Assembly (NCBI RefSeq): GCF_041956535.1
Contig: NW_027192217.1
Span: forward strand, 116,196 to 180,195
Reading direction: 5' to 3'
DNA from: Calcarisporiella thermophila CBS 279.70
Taxonomy: Eukaryota > Fungi > Calcarisporiellomycota
DNA: 64,000 nt
Under the pieces are notes generated by a model, which saw only the letters and a list, made by a program, of their open reading frames with translations, did not search any database and had not been told where the DNA came from. A program made the position numbers and the translations under genes. Shown in pieces: positions 33,201-47,672 of this stretch; the stretch's first letter is position 1, and the number at the start of each line of letters is the position of its first letter.

Positions 33201-35097
33201 TCTATTGACAATTGGCTAACGTTTCGAGCATAATCTTTGTTCTCTAGCCGATACCCATCGATCTACTTCAGATTAACCTACCCGACCAACCCCAGGGTCG
33301 CCGTCCCAATTCCTTTATTTTTTATGGACAAACCGACGCACCGGCCTTGAACTCTTCCTCCTCTTCCGCTTCCATTGCTCCCCCTCTTAAGTTGGAAGCT
33401 AGCCCGAAACAGGGTGGCCATCCGATCACGTTCATTCATATAGGCGGGAAAGGCGGCTCTCCCTTGACCCTCTATGCGTCCTCATTACGAGTCAGACAGC
33501 ACTGGGTCGAGAAAATCGAGAAGCAACGACTCAAGGTTTTCGAGCAATCCCAAATATTCTCGATCAACACCTTGTCGGAGAAGCACTTCACCATGGGGGA
33601 TAAGGTGCATTGCTCTGCCACGTTTGATAATGGTCGCAAAATCGTCTACGGCACTGATGCCGGCCTCAGCATTTCTCTGGTCGATAAGCCTAATACAGTG
33701 CGCCGTGTGTTGAGCATAGAGCGCGTTTCACAGATTGAGATTCTTGAAGAAGCACGCATCGTGCTTGTGCTTGCGGACAAAAACCTCTACTCGTACTCCA
33801 TCGACGCTCTTGACCCCAACACAGATCAAAACGTCGCTAGCAAAAAGGGTCGTCGAATAGGGACCCACATCTCTTTCTTCAAGGCAGGAGTCTGTCTTGA
33901 CCGCACCCTGATTTGCATTGTCAAGACCAACACGCTCTCCTCCACCATCAAGACGCTGGAGCCGCACTACCAGCCTGCCAGCAAAACGAAAAAATTCCTC
34001 AGGCGAAACAACGACACTTTGAGGGTGTACAAGGAATTTTACATCCCCACCGAATCCACATCGATCCACTTCTTGAAGACGAAGCTCTGCGTGGGGTGCA
34101 TCAAGGGATTCGAGATCGTGGACCTCGAAACACTAAACACACAAGGACTGCTCGACCCCTCCGATGCGTCGCTGGACTTCGTGTTGCGTCGCGAAAATGT
34201 ACGGCCGGTTGCAATCTATCGCGTGCGGACTGGCGAGTTCCTCCTTTGCTACAACGAGTTCGCGTTCTTTGTCGACAAGGTGGGTCGTCGTGCTCGCCCA
34301 GACTGGCTCATCACGTGGGAGGGTTCACCGACGACATTTGCGTTTTGCTACCCCTACGTTCTAGCCTTTGAGCCCTCATTTATCGAGGTGCGCAACGTCA
34401 TTTCGGGGGAGAGGGAGCAGGTGATCCAAGGCGCGGGCTTAAGATGTTTGAATCCGGGGGTTTTCAGCGAGGGTGCCCCCGAAGGCAAGCTGGGATGGAG
34501 CAAGGGGGTAGGGAAAGGAAAGGATTACGGCGGAATGATACACTGCGCAATGGACGACGTTAGGGGTGGTGAATATCAATTCTTGTTCTCACTTAATCTG
34601 GCAAATCCATCCGTGGCCTATTATCGCCCGGAAAAGCCTGCCCCGCCGGTCGAGAAAGGAAGCAGCCTTCGGAGCCAGCCTTCGAATGCGAGCGGAGCAA
34701 CCCTTGCCCCCTCTCCTGCAAACGGCCTAAGTCGACATGCACCCCTCCGCCCTCACTCAACCTCCAACCCGCCCCTCCCCACCGCCCCCCACCACCACAG
34801 TATCTACCCCCTGCCTCCTCAGAGACAGCACCGGTCCCCCGAGAGAAATCCCCCTTCTTCAGCAAGATATCCTTCCCCCCACAGCAGCAGGATCCCTACT
34901 CTAGAGGGGCTTACATGCAGCCAAGGCACCCAGAAATCTCCCGCGGGCACGCGCCATACAACCCCTCGGCGCAGTTCCATTCAGCGCACCCGACCTATCA
35001 CACGCAGCCCCCGCAACAATTTCCTCAATCATCATACCATCCCCATCCGACAATGACGGAGCATTCGTTGTCGCACGCAGATCATCATTATATTTAA
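30247..35097 (+). CDS. ROM2: Rho1 guanine nucleotide exchange factor (DEP-DH-PH-CNH; Rom1/Rom2/Rgf1 family)
   Basis: IYPALLSRVA...KDSIEYKDCFDG; DEP (DRNLALLVG, FFHDVTYDHRLRDS); GVFTLLTRCYSPTC; DH (ERKRQDVIYELIYTE, LTKPTTRLGRYNLL); CNH (KEFYIPTES...FLKTKLCVGC). Many introns. Start and C-terminal frame are inferred. Confidence 0.92.
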
Positions 35098-35572
35098 TCT
35101 CTGGCATAGTTTTGTGTAGGAGCTATTTTCCCTTGATCGTTATTTACATGCCCTCCCCTCCTCGCCCCACCCCTTCTCATCCCCTCCCTCGCTCCCCCTC
35201 TACATCTCTTGTTGTAAAGATGGCTTTTCTCACTTCTTGGGTGAATATCTATCCCCCTTTTTTCTCCTTTATTTGATAATTTTAATGATAATTTCTTCGT
35301 TATTTATTTCTTTTAAATAGCTTGTTTCTCATTTATTAGAACTATGTCTTGTTATGGATGCCACATTTTTTTTCTTAGTTCGAGCTCGAATTGAATTCAA
35401 TAGTGGATGTGAAAATGTATTAAGAATAGTAGGGGACTTTAGGTATAGGGGTGAAAAGATGTGTCCCTGGGTTGAGAAGTGGTTTTAAAACAGGGAAGAA
35501 AAAAGAATAAATGTAGCATTAATAAGGATAAAATGAAAGAAATAAGTCGGACAAAGAACTCGAAATTACAGT

Positions 35573-37856
35573 CTAGATTTTACTCTTTTCCAAAACAATC
35601 TCGTCAATCCCATACCCCACGCGAGGATCCCACATGCGCTCTTGCACGTTTTTCACCAGATTTCTCCATGCTTCACCTTTCCGTTCTAGCAACTCGGTGT
35701 TGGACACTTGGATCCACTCCTTCACCTCATTGCCGCGGGCCAGCCCAGACCGTACAGCCTCCACGCACACGGCTGCAGCCACCTCCGCGGACACCTCGCG
35801 GATGCGCTTCAGGGACGGGTAAAGCCAGCCCTTGGAGTGCTCCTCTTCGGTGAGGGAATGAGCCAGGGCGTCGGCCGCCGTGTACACCATCTCGTCAGTC
35901 ACATGTGCGGGTTTGGCCAGGAGCGAGCCAAAGCCGAGGCCAGGGAAAATGTACATGTTGTTTCCTTGGCCGGGCACTCGTTCTTCCTGTGTTCCCGGGA
36001 TGCGGTAGACGGGGAAGGCGGTGCCGGAGGCAAACACAACCCGGTTATCTGTATACCTCATCGCATCCTCAAAGGTACATTCGGCATTGTCGAGGGGGTT
36101 GGACAGGGGAAACACGATGGGGCGCTCGTTGATCTCGCCCATTCGACGCAGGACTTCCGGGGTGAAAACTCCTCCAACGGCGGAGAGGCCAATCAGTGCG
36201 GTTGGCTTCACGTACTCAATGACATCCATCAACGACTTGTACTGCTTGCCCTCGTTGTCGTCTCTTGCGAAATAGGTCTTGTGGGCGGCCAATTTGTCGC
36301 CGCGATCAAAAGTGACAAGACCCTTTGAGTCGACGAGCCAAACCATGCGCTTCGCATCTTCTTCCTTGATCCCGTTTTGGATGAAAAATGCGAGCAGTTG
36401 TTTGGCGACACCCACTCCGGCTGAACCAGCGCCGAAGAATAGAATACGGTGTTCGGTCGGCTTTACGAACTTGGAAACGTTGCGAACCGCGTTGATGAAT
36501 CCAGAAAGAATAACGGCACCTGTGCCCTGGATATCATCGTTGAAGCAGAAATACTTGTTTTGGTATTTCTCGAGAAGACCAAATGCCTGCAAAAAGGGGA
36601 AGAAGCGAGGAAGAGGGAGTCAGTAAGATGAATATGACCTTGACTGTGTTGAAAAATCAGTGTAAGGTGCTTACGTGTTCTGATGAAAAGTCCTCGAACT
36701 GGACAAGCATCTTTGGGTGCACGGCGTAGATTGCTTTCAAAACCTCATCCACAAAATGGTAGAATGTATCATCATCCACTCCATTCATATATAAACGTGA
36801 GCAATCGCCGCCACCCTCCACTCACAGCCTTTTGACCCTCACCTCTTCTGGCGGAGTCCTAGATAGAGCGGATCTGCAAGGTTCTTCTCATTGTTTGTCC
36901 CGCAGTCGATACAGATAGGGAGACATCTTCTTGGATCGATCCCTGCGCCTGCAACGTACAGCTGTAGTTTCCCAACGGGAATGCCCATACCATTTACTCC
37001 GAGATCGCCGAGGCCAAGAATTCGGGATCCGTCAGTGATCACCGCGATCTCAGGGGTGACGGATGGGTCGGTGGGGAATGTCACATAATTTCGGATAAGC
37101 GTCTGCAGGTTTGTGAGATCCCGAATGGAGAGATATAGGCCATCGGCAACCCCTGAATTAATTAGGCGTCCGTGTTAGAACGATACGGGCTATATGGCTT
37201 AGTTGTATCCAACTCACCAGGAGGCGCCAGGAATGGAAGAATGTGCGAATAGTTCAGGCAGGCCGTCCCGACGGTAGGGGTGTAGATAATCGGCAATATC
37301 TCCTCGAGGGATTCCAGCACCATTTGGTAGAAGAGCCGGACGTTAGTGTTTCGGAGCCATGCTAGGAAGATGTATTTCTCGAGGGCGGTGGGCTTCGCGC
37401 GAAGAAACTCGAATGCGCGCTGTTTCTGGAGCTCAATCGATTCGACAGTGGGGGGCAAGTGACCGCGGATGTGCAGGGCATCGCGTGTGCTCAGCGGGGT
37501 GGCCGTGCCTGTCAAATAATGCATCGGTCAGTGAATATTCAACATCAATTTTATCGGACGAATAGAAAGAGACGTGAAAATTGATATTCCGCAAGCTCCC
37601 GAGAAAGTTCACCAGTGTTAAAAAATGGGATAAACGCGATTGGGAAAAGACATCAAGGCCCCTTGTGGGGGTCATCGCACAAAGTGCCCGCGTCTTTTCC
37701 AGGAAGGAGTCGACCATGGTACTCACCTTGATTGTAGTAGGATGAATGGCTTACAAAATCGAGAATGGCATTCTCTTGAATTTTGGCTGCTTGCACGGGA
37801 ACAATGGATTGCGCTGCCTGCGCGTAAGTGCCATTTGTAGTCTTCTGGGGTGACAT
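35573..37856 (-). CDS. MAE1: Malic enzyme (NAD(P)-dependent malate dehydrogenase, decarboxylating)
   Basis: LPIIYTPTVG, VITDGSRILGLGDLG, QFEDF, CFNDDIQGTG, GAGSAG, PLSNP and GQGNNMYIFPG. Four introns. Confidence 0.95.
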
Positions 37857-38377
37857 ATTAAGTTGAATTTATTAGATACGTAAAGAGAAGGGAGGAAAAA
37901 AAAAACAGATATATAGAAAGACAAATGCAAAAAGGGATGTGTAAATAAATAAGAAGAGCAGGCCAATATTGTTGGGACATTTAAGCATTTGCTCGGCCGT
38001 CTCTTTCCGTATGCGTCTTTTTAGCCCGTAAGACAAAACAAAAAATTGAGGCAAATTTCAAATATGCAATTTCAGCAAATTCAAGAAAACATAGCACATG
38101 GGAGGCTTATCGCTTCGCTCCGGACAAAGCTGTTGGCATTAAATAGATCATAGTGAAAATCATCCTATCACGATGCCTATAGGTCTCCGCATATTTTATT
38201 TCTCCACACCGAAACAGAACACCCAGATTTTCACATGAGCGAGGTGATAATAAAACAATCTACAAGAAAATTCCAAATACTGCATCGACAACTCCCCCTA
38301 AAGGAATATCTAAGGTTCGCTCCTTAAACCTTAACATATGTCATGATAGCCATTGTACGCCTCTCCCCCGCGCGCCT

Positions 38378-40219
<1,842 letters not shown>

Positions 40220-40363
40220 CTCTATAATATAGAGGTTAAGTTGACCGAGGTTGCGCGGATACCATATTGAAAGTTTATTTAGATATATTTTTTACGCGCG
40301 GAGTTGGATTTTGAGTCATTTTTACTTTGATATATATTTAAGTTTATCTAATCTTTCAAGTGA

Positions 40364-40436
40364 GGTCGTATGGCCAAATGGATAAGGCGCCTGACTACGA
40401 ATCAGGAGATTCCAGGTTCGACCCCTGGTACGATCG
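40364..40436 (+). tRNA. tRNA-Arg(ACG)
   Basis: Acceptor stem GGTCGTA/TACGATC, anticodon stem CCTGA/TCAGG around CTACGAA, T loop GGTTCGACCC; 73 nt. Confidence 0.95.
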
Positions 40437-40682
40437 CATTAAATATAATTTTATCCAATATATCCCTTGGAGGTATATTTTCTTTTCTTTTTTTTTTTTC
40501 GGCCATTGATCGTTTTTTCCATTGTTTCTAGTTTCATTTTGTATATATACATTGCTTTTCCACTACAAAACGAAATTATCATTTTTGCCTATATTTCTTC
40601 CTGTAGCATTTTGCTTTTATACTTGCCTGGCTAGTCTAAGTGATTTTTTTTGGATCTTATTCAATCATAACCTTGATTTGTC

Positions 40683-42003
40683 ATGGGGGGGCCTGATGAG
40701 TGGATTGAGACGCTACGAAAATGCCAATTTTTACCAGAACCCGACATCAAGAAACTTTGCGAGATGGTTGTAGCATTGATCTTATCAATTTCTATAGTAT
40801 TGCTTATAGATCGTCCATCACTTCCATAGGTAAAGGAGATTCTTATGGAGGAATCTAACGTGCAGCCTGTTCAATCCCCGGTCACTGTATGTGGGGACAT
40901 TCATGGGCAATTTTACGATCTTTTAGAGCTCTTCCGGGTTGGTGGTGAGCTACCAGACACGAATTACATATTCATGGTATGTACCAATTGGAACTTTACC
41001 ATAAGCAGCTCTTATTTACATCTGTGTGGATGAATAGGGCGATTACGTAGATCGCGGATATTATAGCCTGGAAACATTTTCATTACTAATGGCGCTGAAA
41101 GCACGGTATCCAGATAAAATAACACTATTACGCGGCAATCACGAAAGTAGGCAGATCACTCAGGTTTATGGATTTTATGGTGAGCAACTCTATTTTCTAT
41201 TCTCGAGTCTTATTCCCTTACTACTACCCCTGTAATAACACAGACGAGTGCCAGACAAAATATGGCAATGCAAGCGTATGGAAGTATTGCTGCTCTGTAT
41301 TCGACTATCTGACATTGGCGGCGGTAATCCTTAATTCATCCATGCGATAGAAATGGCGTATACTTATTCGGTCTTTGAATAGGTTGTCGATGGGCAGGTA
41401 CTCTGTGTTCACGGAGGTTTATCTCCCGATATACGGACACTGGATCAAATAAGGATGATCCACCGACTTCAAGAGGTTCCACATGAGGGCGCTTTCTGTG
41501 GTAACTATCGTCATCGAGCATTGCCTGGTATCCTCGTGGCATGCACATGAGACTAAGTTATATATATATCATATACATTTCAGATCTAATGTGGTCGGAT
41601 CCAGAGGAGATCGAGACATGGGCTGTGAGTCCACGTGGAGCTGGATGGTTGTTTGGCTCTGCAGTGACTAGTGAAGTAGGTTTTCGATTGCCAATCCGTT
41701 GTATCTTCTTGTCAGGTTGCTTATTCCTGCCTTGTCTAGTTCAATCATGTTAATAGCCTCACCCTGATTGCGCGGGCGCACCAGCTAGTACAGGAAGGAT
41801 ACAAATTCATGTTCCCAGAAGAGAACTTAGTCACGGTATGGTCTGCACCGAATTACTGTTACAGATGTGGCAATGTGGCCAGCGTGCTTCGTTTGACCGA
41901 CGGTGGAACCGTCTCTGAGAAAAGTTTTGAAATCTTCGATGCTGTTCCCGATCAGGAACGCACCGTACCAAATCGAATGGGTGGATCTCAGTATTTCTTA
42001 TAG
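40683..42003 (+). CDS. SIT4: PP6/Sit4-type Ser/Thr protein phosphatase catalytic subunit
   Basis: [58 protein letters not shown] and C-terminal YFL. Seven exons. Confidence 0.92.
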
Positions 42004-42770
42004 TTGTTGGCGAAGTAGGAGGGGAGGATCGGCTCGGTTTCATGCTTAATTTGCTGTTTAATTTTTCTCGTACTCTATATATACTATCTATATTTATTTA
42101 AATCCTGGTTGCTTAGTTCCCATCCTTTTGTGGTATAGATGTAGATGAAAAATACAATATTGGTGAAGAAGTCGTAAGGTTGTTGCGCCAGAGTGACTTC
42201 ACGATCTGCAGTAGAACATGAAGGATTTGAGGTTGCTCGTCACAAATAAACCGGGAAAACTCTGAGGCAAAACTTCTCTCTTTTTTTTATGTTTGAGTCG
42301 CGTGGAAGCCACAGTCCATGCATTTTTCACTCTATTTTACTCTCTCCCTACTTATATCACCCGCTCAGTCACGGCCATTGCAGAAGCTCTCATTGTCATT
42401 TTCTTTTTTTTATCTCTTACCATTTCTCGCTGCCCGCTTTCGCAAAGTTAAATGATTCTGCATTTAGCGCTTTTTTTCGTCCTCTTCCTTGTATCTTGAA
42501 TTCATCTTTTTTTCCCCCTGTTGCAATTGAGACAAAACTGAATCGGTTTAAAATACGTAGGCTGATATACTCCTTTAAGACTTCCTTTGTATTTATAGAC
42601 TCTTTTCACAGTAGCAAGTCAAAATTCCTCATTTTTTCTCATTAGTTTATCACTCAGTTTTTTCTCACCCTCCTCAGATACTTAAGTAATATCCAAGATA
42701 TCGTTCTGTGTAGCCAAGTACGAACCTTTTTATTTTGCCACCCCACACTACTTAAAAATCGGTAGTGAGA

Positions 42771-44534
42771 ATGGATTGTGCTCTCGTCAACCCTCACGAA
42801 ATGGCAACTATTCCCAATCTGATTGACTTGGACGCAGGTTTGTTATTCGAGTGATTCCATTATTTGAAAGCCTCCTTCTTATTTCATTTTTTCTTATAAA
42901 CAAACCCTCTCTGATGATTTTAGAATTAGCTTCACATCCGCTAGCTTCGGAGTCAGAAACAGAAACTAGCTCCGTTATCTTTGGTGGTTGCCAAGAGGAC
43001 CTGGACTTCGAATGTTTACCGAATGAGATCAAAGTCAAGATTTTCAAATACCTTAGCGTTCGAGAACTGCTACAAATTGCATTAGTGTCGCGCTCATGGT
43101 ACAAGCTTGCATTTGATGGCGAACTGTGGGGAACTATTGATGTATGTCCATTTTATAAGCAATTGCATCGTATTACCGGCGATCAATTAGCGGCACTTAG
43201 CTGCGTTGCAGGTGGATTCTTGAGAGAAGCCAACTTTAGGTTGGTAATCCCTGTCCATATGCTCACTATATTACGGGAGGCTAACTCTGGATTGTAAAAT
43301 TTTTTTGCCGTTCATCTTTAGAGGGTGTTCGCAACTCTCGTCTCGAAATGTGCGCCAAATTGCCGATAACTGTCATAACATACTCTATCTGAATCTCAGC
43401 GGGTGTCGGACTCCAAGTGTGGCGAGTCTTGTTTACTTCTTACGACGTGTTCCCTATCTTCGCACTCTAAATCTTAGCGGGCTGAGCAATGTAAACAAGT
43501 GTACCCTTCACGTGTTGAGCCAGAACTGTCAACTCCTTGAACGCCTTAATCTTGCAGGGTGTGAGCACGTGAATGAGGCTGGATTAGACGCTGTGCTAGA
43601 AAATTGTACACAATTGCGATGGTTAAAGCTGGACGGATGTAAGGGCGGACGGTTGAATGAGACGATGAAGCTAATTGAATGCCTGAAAAACCTCGAGCAT
43701 TTGTCGCTAGGAGGGTGTCAGATTTCGGATGAAGGGGTAGAGACACTGGTGAAGTGCAAGCAATTGAGGCATTTGAATCTGGCAGGATGCACCCAGATGA
43801 CAGACAAGGCAATGGAGCATATTGGAAAGCTGCGGCTACTGGAGCAGCTCTCGTTATCCGGATGTAGTCGCTTGACTGATGCCGGAATTGTGCATCTCTC
43901 AAGCCTTACCCGGCTCACGGATCTTGATCTAGAAGAATGCGAATCCATTACGGATCGTTCGCTCCATGCTATATCGAAGCTCCCATTGCGCACTCTCTAT
44001 CTCTCGTTTTGTATGAACATTACCGATCTTGGCGTGTCTTCGCTCTTTTCCAATCCGTTGGTCCTAGACAACGAGAAGAGCTTCCCCCAATTATCCCATA
44101 TTGCCCTCGATAATTGCCCCCTCTTGACTGATGCAAGCGTGCGGATTATTGTGGACTATGTGCGGCGATATTTTCGTCGCGATAATAAACGGTTTTTCCT
44201 GGATCTATTTGATTGCTCGGGAGTAACGCGGTTTGCATTCAACGACGCTAAACTGCGATGTCCGCAACTTGTTTTCAAGGGGGATTTCTGGTGGTGTCAG
44301 TCTGATGAAGAAGGCGAGTTTGGCACATACGATGGAAGCGGTCGACGGAGAAGAGTTCGAGATCATGGTCGGGGAAGGGCTAATGGCATGCAAATAAGTC
44401 GACGAAGAAGAAGAGGCCATTTATCCATTCCTGAAGTGGATAGGAATGAGGCTCATCCGGGACGGTGGCATCGCATTGGGGAAAGAGCTCGCCGGTTTCG
44501 TAGAGCGCTAGGCAATCAATGCTCCATCATGTGA
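42771..44534 (+). CDS. F-box/LRR protein, FBXL2/FBXL20-like, with C-terminal CAAX
   Basis: F-box LPNEIKVKIFKYL...VSRSWYKLAFDGELW, then GGFLREANFRGC, many cysteine-containing LRRs, Arg-rich tail ending CSIM*. Two introns. Confidence 0.85.
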
Positions 44535-44739
44535 AGTATAAGTAGAATAATTGACGTGAGAAATGTGGTAAATTAAAGATACCGTTTTATTTGCTTTTTT
44601 TTTACTGACGCTTGCAGATTTATTTCTCTCATCTTTTTTTTTTTTTCCTCCTGTACTCTTAAGCAATCTGGATTACGGTTTGCATAAAAATATGCTTTCC
44701 CTCCATCCCTTCCTCCTACCATCACCATTTGGTTCGTAT

Positions 44740-44740
<1 letters not shown>

Positions 44741-44766
<26 letters not shown>
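44741..44766. repeat. (TA)n microsatellite between the convergent F-box genes
   Basis: gtatatgtatatatatatatatatat. Confidence 0.7.
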
Positions 44767-44770
<4 letters not shown>

Positions 44771-44917
44771 TTATAACTAGTTATATTCTCCTTTGTATAA
44801 TCATTCTCCATCTGTGCGTAAAATATAGGATAAAAGGGCTTTTATTATAAATAAAACATCCACCGCTCTAGTCGCGCCAGTGCATGAAGGAATTCAAGAT
44901 ATATTACAAGATAAAAA

Positions 44918-46087
44918 TTATTTTCTCTCTAGAATTGACTTTTGTTTTTCTTCCCAGGTAAATTTCTCGTAGCGCTCTCTCCCAACCCTACATACCTCCA
45001 CCATTACCCTTCGACTCTTCAGCTCGCGCAGTATAGCCATATCCGTAACCAGGTGGCACTCTTTGATCTCAAGAACAGAGAGGCGAGGACAGTTGAGTGC
45101 CAATGCTTGCACACCCGCATTGGTGATTCTTAAACAGCTGTTCACCGATATCCTATTCAATAACATACAAATTCAGTATCACTGTTGGAAAATAAAAATA
45201 ATAAGGCAACACTACCTCTCGATACTCTGGGCTCTAAACTTTGCCAGAGCAAAGAGACCATTATCCGTCACACTGCATCCTGCTACCCCCAGCGTATTTA
45301 AACAAGTCCCAATGGCAAGGGCTTCTACTGCCCGATCGGAGATAAGTTCACCCCTAGCCACTCTTCCAACATTAAGATGTTTCAACCCCTTACACCGTGC
45401 CGCAATAAATGTGATTCCGCAGTCGCTCACGTAGTCGCATGCCCGCAGATCTAGATGCTCCAATTTCGGGCAATGCTGGGCAAGTGCTAAAAGAGCGGCA
45501 TCTGTGATGCGATTACAGCCTGGGAGGCTCACCTGGGTTAGGCGAGGACATGCGAGGGCAAACTGTATGATCATTTTGGATTGGAAGCCATCACAGATAT
45601 AGGCATCAAGCGATATGAGATTCTGTAAACGTGGCACAAGTGATTCTAATACTCCGGGGCGCACGCTTTTGAGTTTGTGTAGACGAAGCTCCTGGATCAC
45701 TGACCATGGACTTCCCTCCGCCTCATCCTTATTGCAATCAGGAAAATAGGACTCGTCCATATCTTCCAGGGTAGGCGCCTGTAGGGAACTGTAATGCTGT
45801 AGGAAGAATTTCTCTAATCTCTCCTCTGTGTCAAACGACAGCTCTCTCCATAGGACTCTGGATGCGACTGCGTGCCAGGTACGAGATACAAATAAGCAAG
45901 GATACAGAGCTCTGTCATGGGCTAAGAATTGAAACGTAATGGCGAGGAGCTCTGGCATTTGAAGCCAACGGGTGAGTGCTTCCGGCGGTTGTCCGTGACT
46001 CTGAGATTTGGCACAAGTATAGGATTTGAATGCATTATTAAGGGAACTATTGGTAAAGTCAACAGGGGCGAGAGAAGTCACGGCCAT
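44918..46087 (-). CDS. F-box-like/LRR protein (RNI-like, AMN1/Grr1-type LRRs)
   Basis: MPELLAITFQFL...CLFVSRTWHAVASRVLW; LRRs such as CPRLTQVSLPGCNRITD and CPKLEHLDLRACDYVSD. One intron near 45153-45215. Confidence 0.82.
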
Positions 46088-46570
46088 GTCAAACAGGAGC
46101 AGAATTAACGATTAAAGAAATAAGAAAGATAAAGCACTTAAAGAAAGAAAACTAGACGAAGACTATATTATTTTTTATTTCTTGAAAAAGAATATTAAAA
46201 CTCTCCGGATTTAGCGATCTATAACATCCCGAAATTTCCGAATCGAAAGTTATGTTCCGAAGTGATTTGAAATCTTTCCCATGTAAGAGGCTTCATCCCA
46301 TCTATTCTAACGTATATAAGGGGTATCTGACCAGCTAATCAAGCTATGTGAACGTATGCAATTGATCTAAATCCGATAATCCTCGATCGCACTACCAAGG
46401 ACCTTCGTCAATCTAGAAAAAATACCAATAATTGAATTACTTTATTCGCGCACTCGAGATAAAACTTATTTTACAATGGGAGGAAGGTAATCTCTCGTAA
46501 TTTTACTACAAAAGTGTGTCTATAAATATTCACATGCTCTACCGTGGATATTTTTTATTTTGGCCTATGC

Positions 46571-47672
46571 TTAGTTTCCAGCTTTTTTGGCAGCAGCCAG
46601 AAATGGCTTACATTCCTTCGCGTTGAGTTTATTTGGGTTCTCGGTACCTTTTATCGTCACCCCATAATTCTTCAAGACCACCGGCTTCTTGAAGTACAAG
46701 TCACCAGCGGCAATAACCTTTTCCCAATCGGCCATGCGGTCCCCTGATTCAGGCCATACGTCATCGTTCGCGCAGCAAACGAGTTCATGCCTTGTGCGTA
46801 TGAATCTCATTAGGAATTGTTGCTCTGACTCGTTATTCTTTCTGGGCCCGCCGCTCAGGTTAAGGATGCGCCAGATATTGATGTCAGGCTCTGTATAGTG
46901 CCAGCCATTCTGAATGATACTGAATAATTGAGAATAAATGGCGACGCGGATAAAAAAGAGCAAGAAAAATCAGAGACAAAACTTAGAGATGCACATTCTT
47001 TAACCATCCTTACGTGTCAAACATTATAGCACCCGCAAGATCGGATTTCACATTGGCCATCTTTGCAAACTTCAACGCTGGCTCCATATAGGTGCGCAAG
47101 ACTGCTTCGTCCTGCACTCTCCGGAAATCAGGATCTAAGCAAGCAGCCTTTTTCCACGCAATATCGAAACCTTGAAGCTTGGTCGTGTCGTCGCGTTTTT
47201 TCGTGTCACAGAATGAAAGTTGACTGATACGTTTAAGTTCGACCAGATGCAAGTTTGAGAATGGGATGGCTTTCTTTCTCTTTGCGTACGTTTCAACCAC
47301 CTGGAATGCATCGTTCGTGCCCGTTGTGAATCCGACACGTCCACAAGTAAATCCACGACCGTCGCCTAACCTTTGAGTGTATTGATATTGGTACTCGGTG
47401 TTTCCATTCTCAAATACATTCGTAATCAACTGGGCGACCTTGATGCCATGGAGAGAAATCTTCTGTGGGGTGATATTTCCGAGATCATAGTAGTCAGTAG
47501 AATTCGTGGGCTCGATGCAGGTACGCTGCCCTTTTGCGGCGGGGAAGTTGAACTTGGCACACCTTTGCTTGTTTGGTTGGAAATCACCTTTGCAGAAGGG
47601 AAACTCTTTCGCGTCGGACAGTAAACTTGACAGCACTATCGTCAAGAACAATGCCAAGGGAAAGTGAAGCAT
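46571..47672 (-). CDS. Secreted glycoside hydrolase family 46 chitosanase (lysozyme-like fold)
   Basis: Signal peptide MLHFPLALFLTIVLSSLLSDA. AQLITNVFENG...YQYTQRLGDGRGFTCGRVGFTTGTND matches the GH46 signature. Also WKKAA..DPDFRRVQD and FDTIIQNG across the intron at 46920-47013. Confidence 0.88.

Noticed and set aside
42771-46087. Convergent F-box/LRR pair as a recent tandem duplication
   Set aside because: Similarity is limited to the generic LRR consensus; lengths, introns and termini differ.
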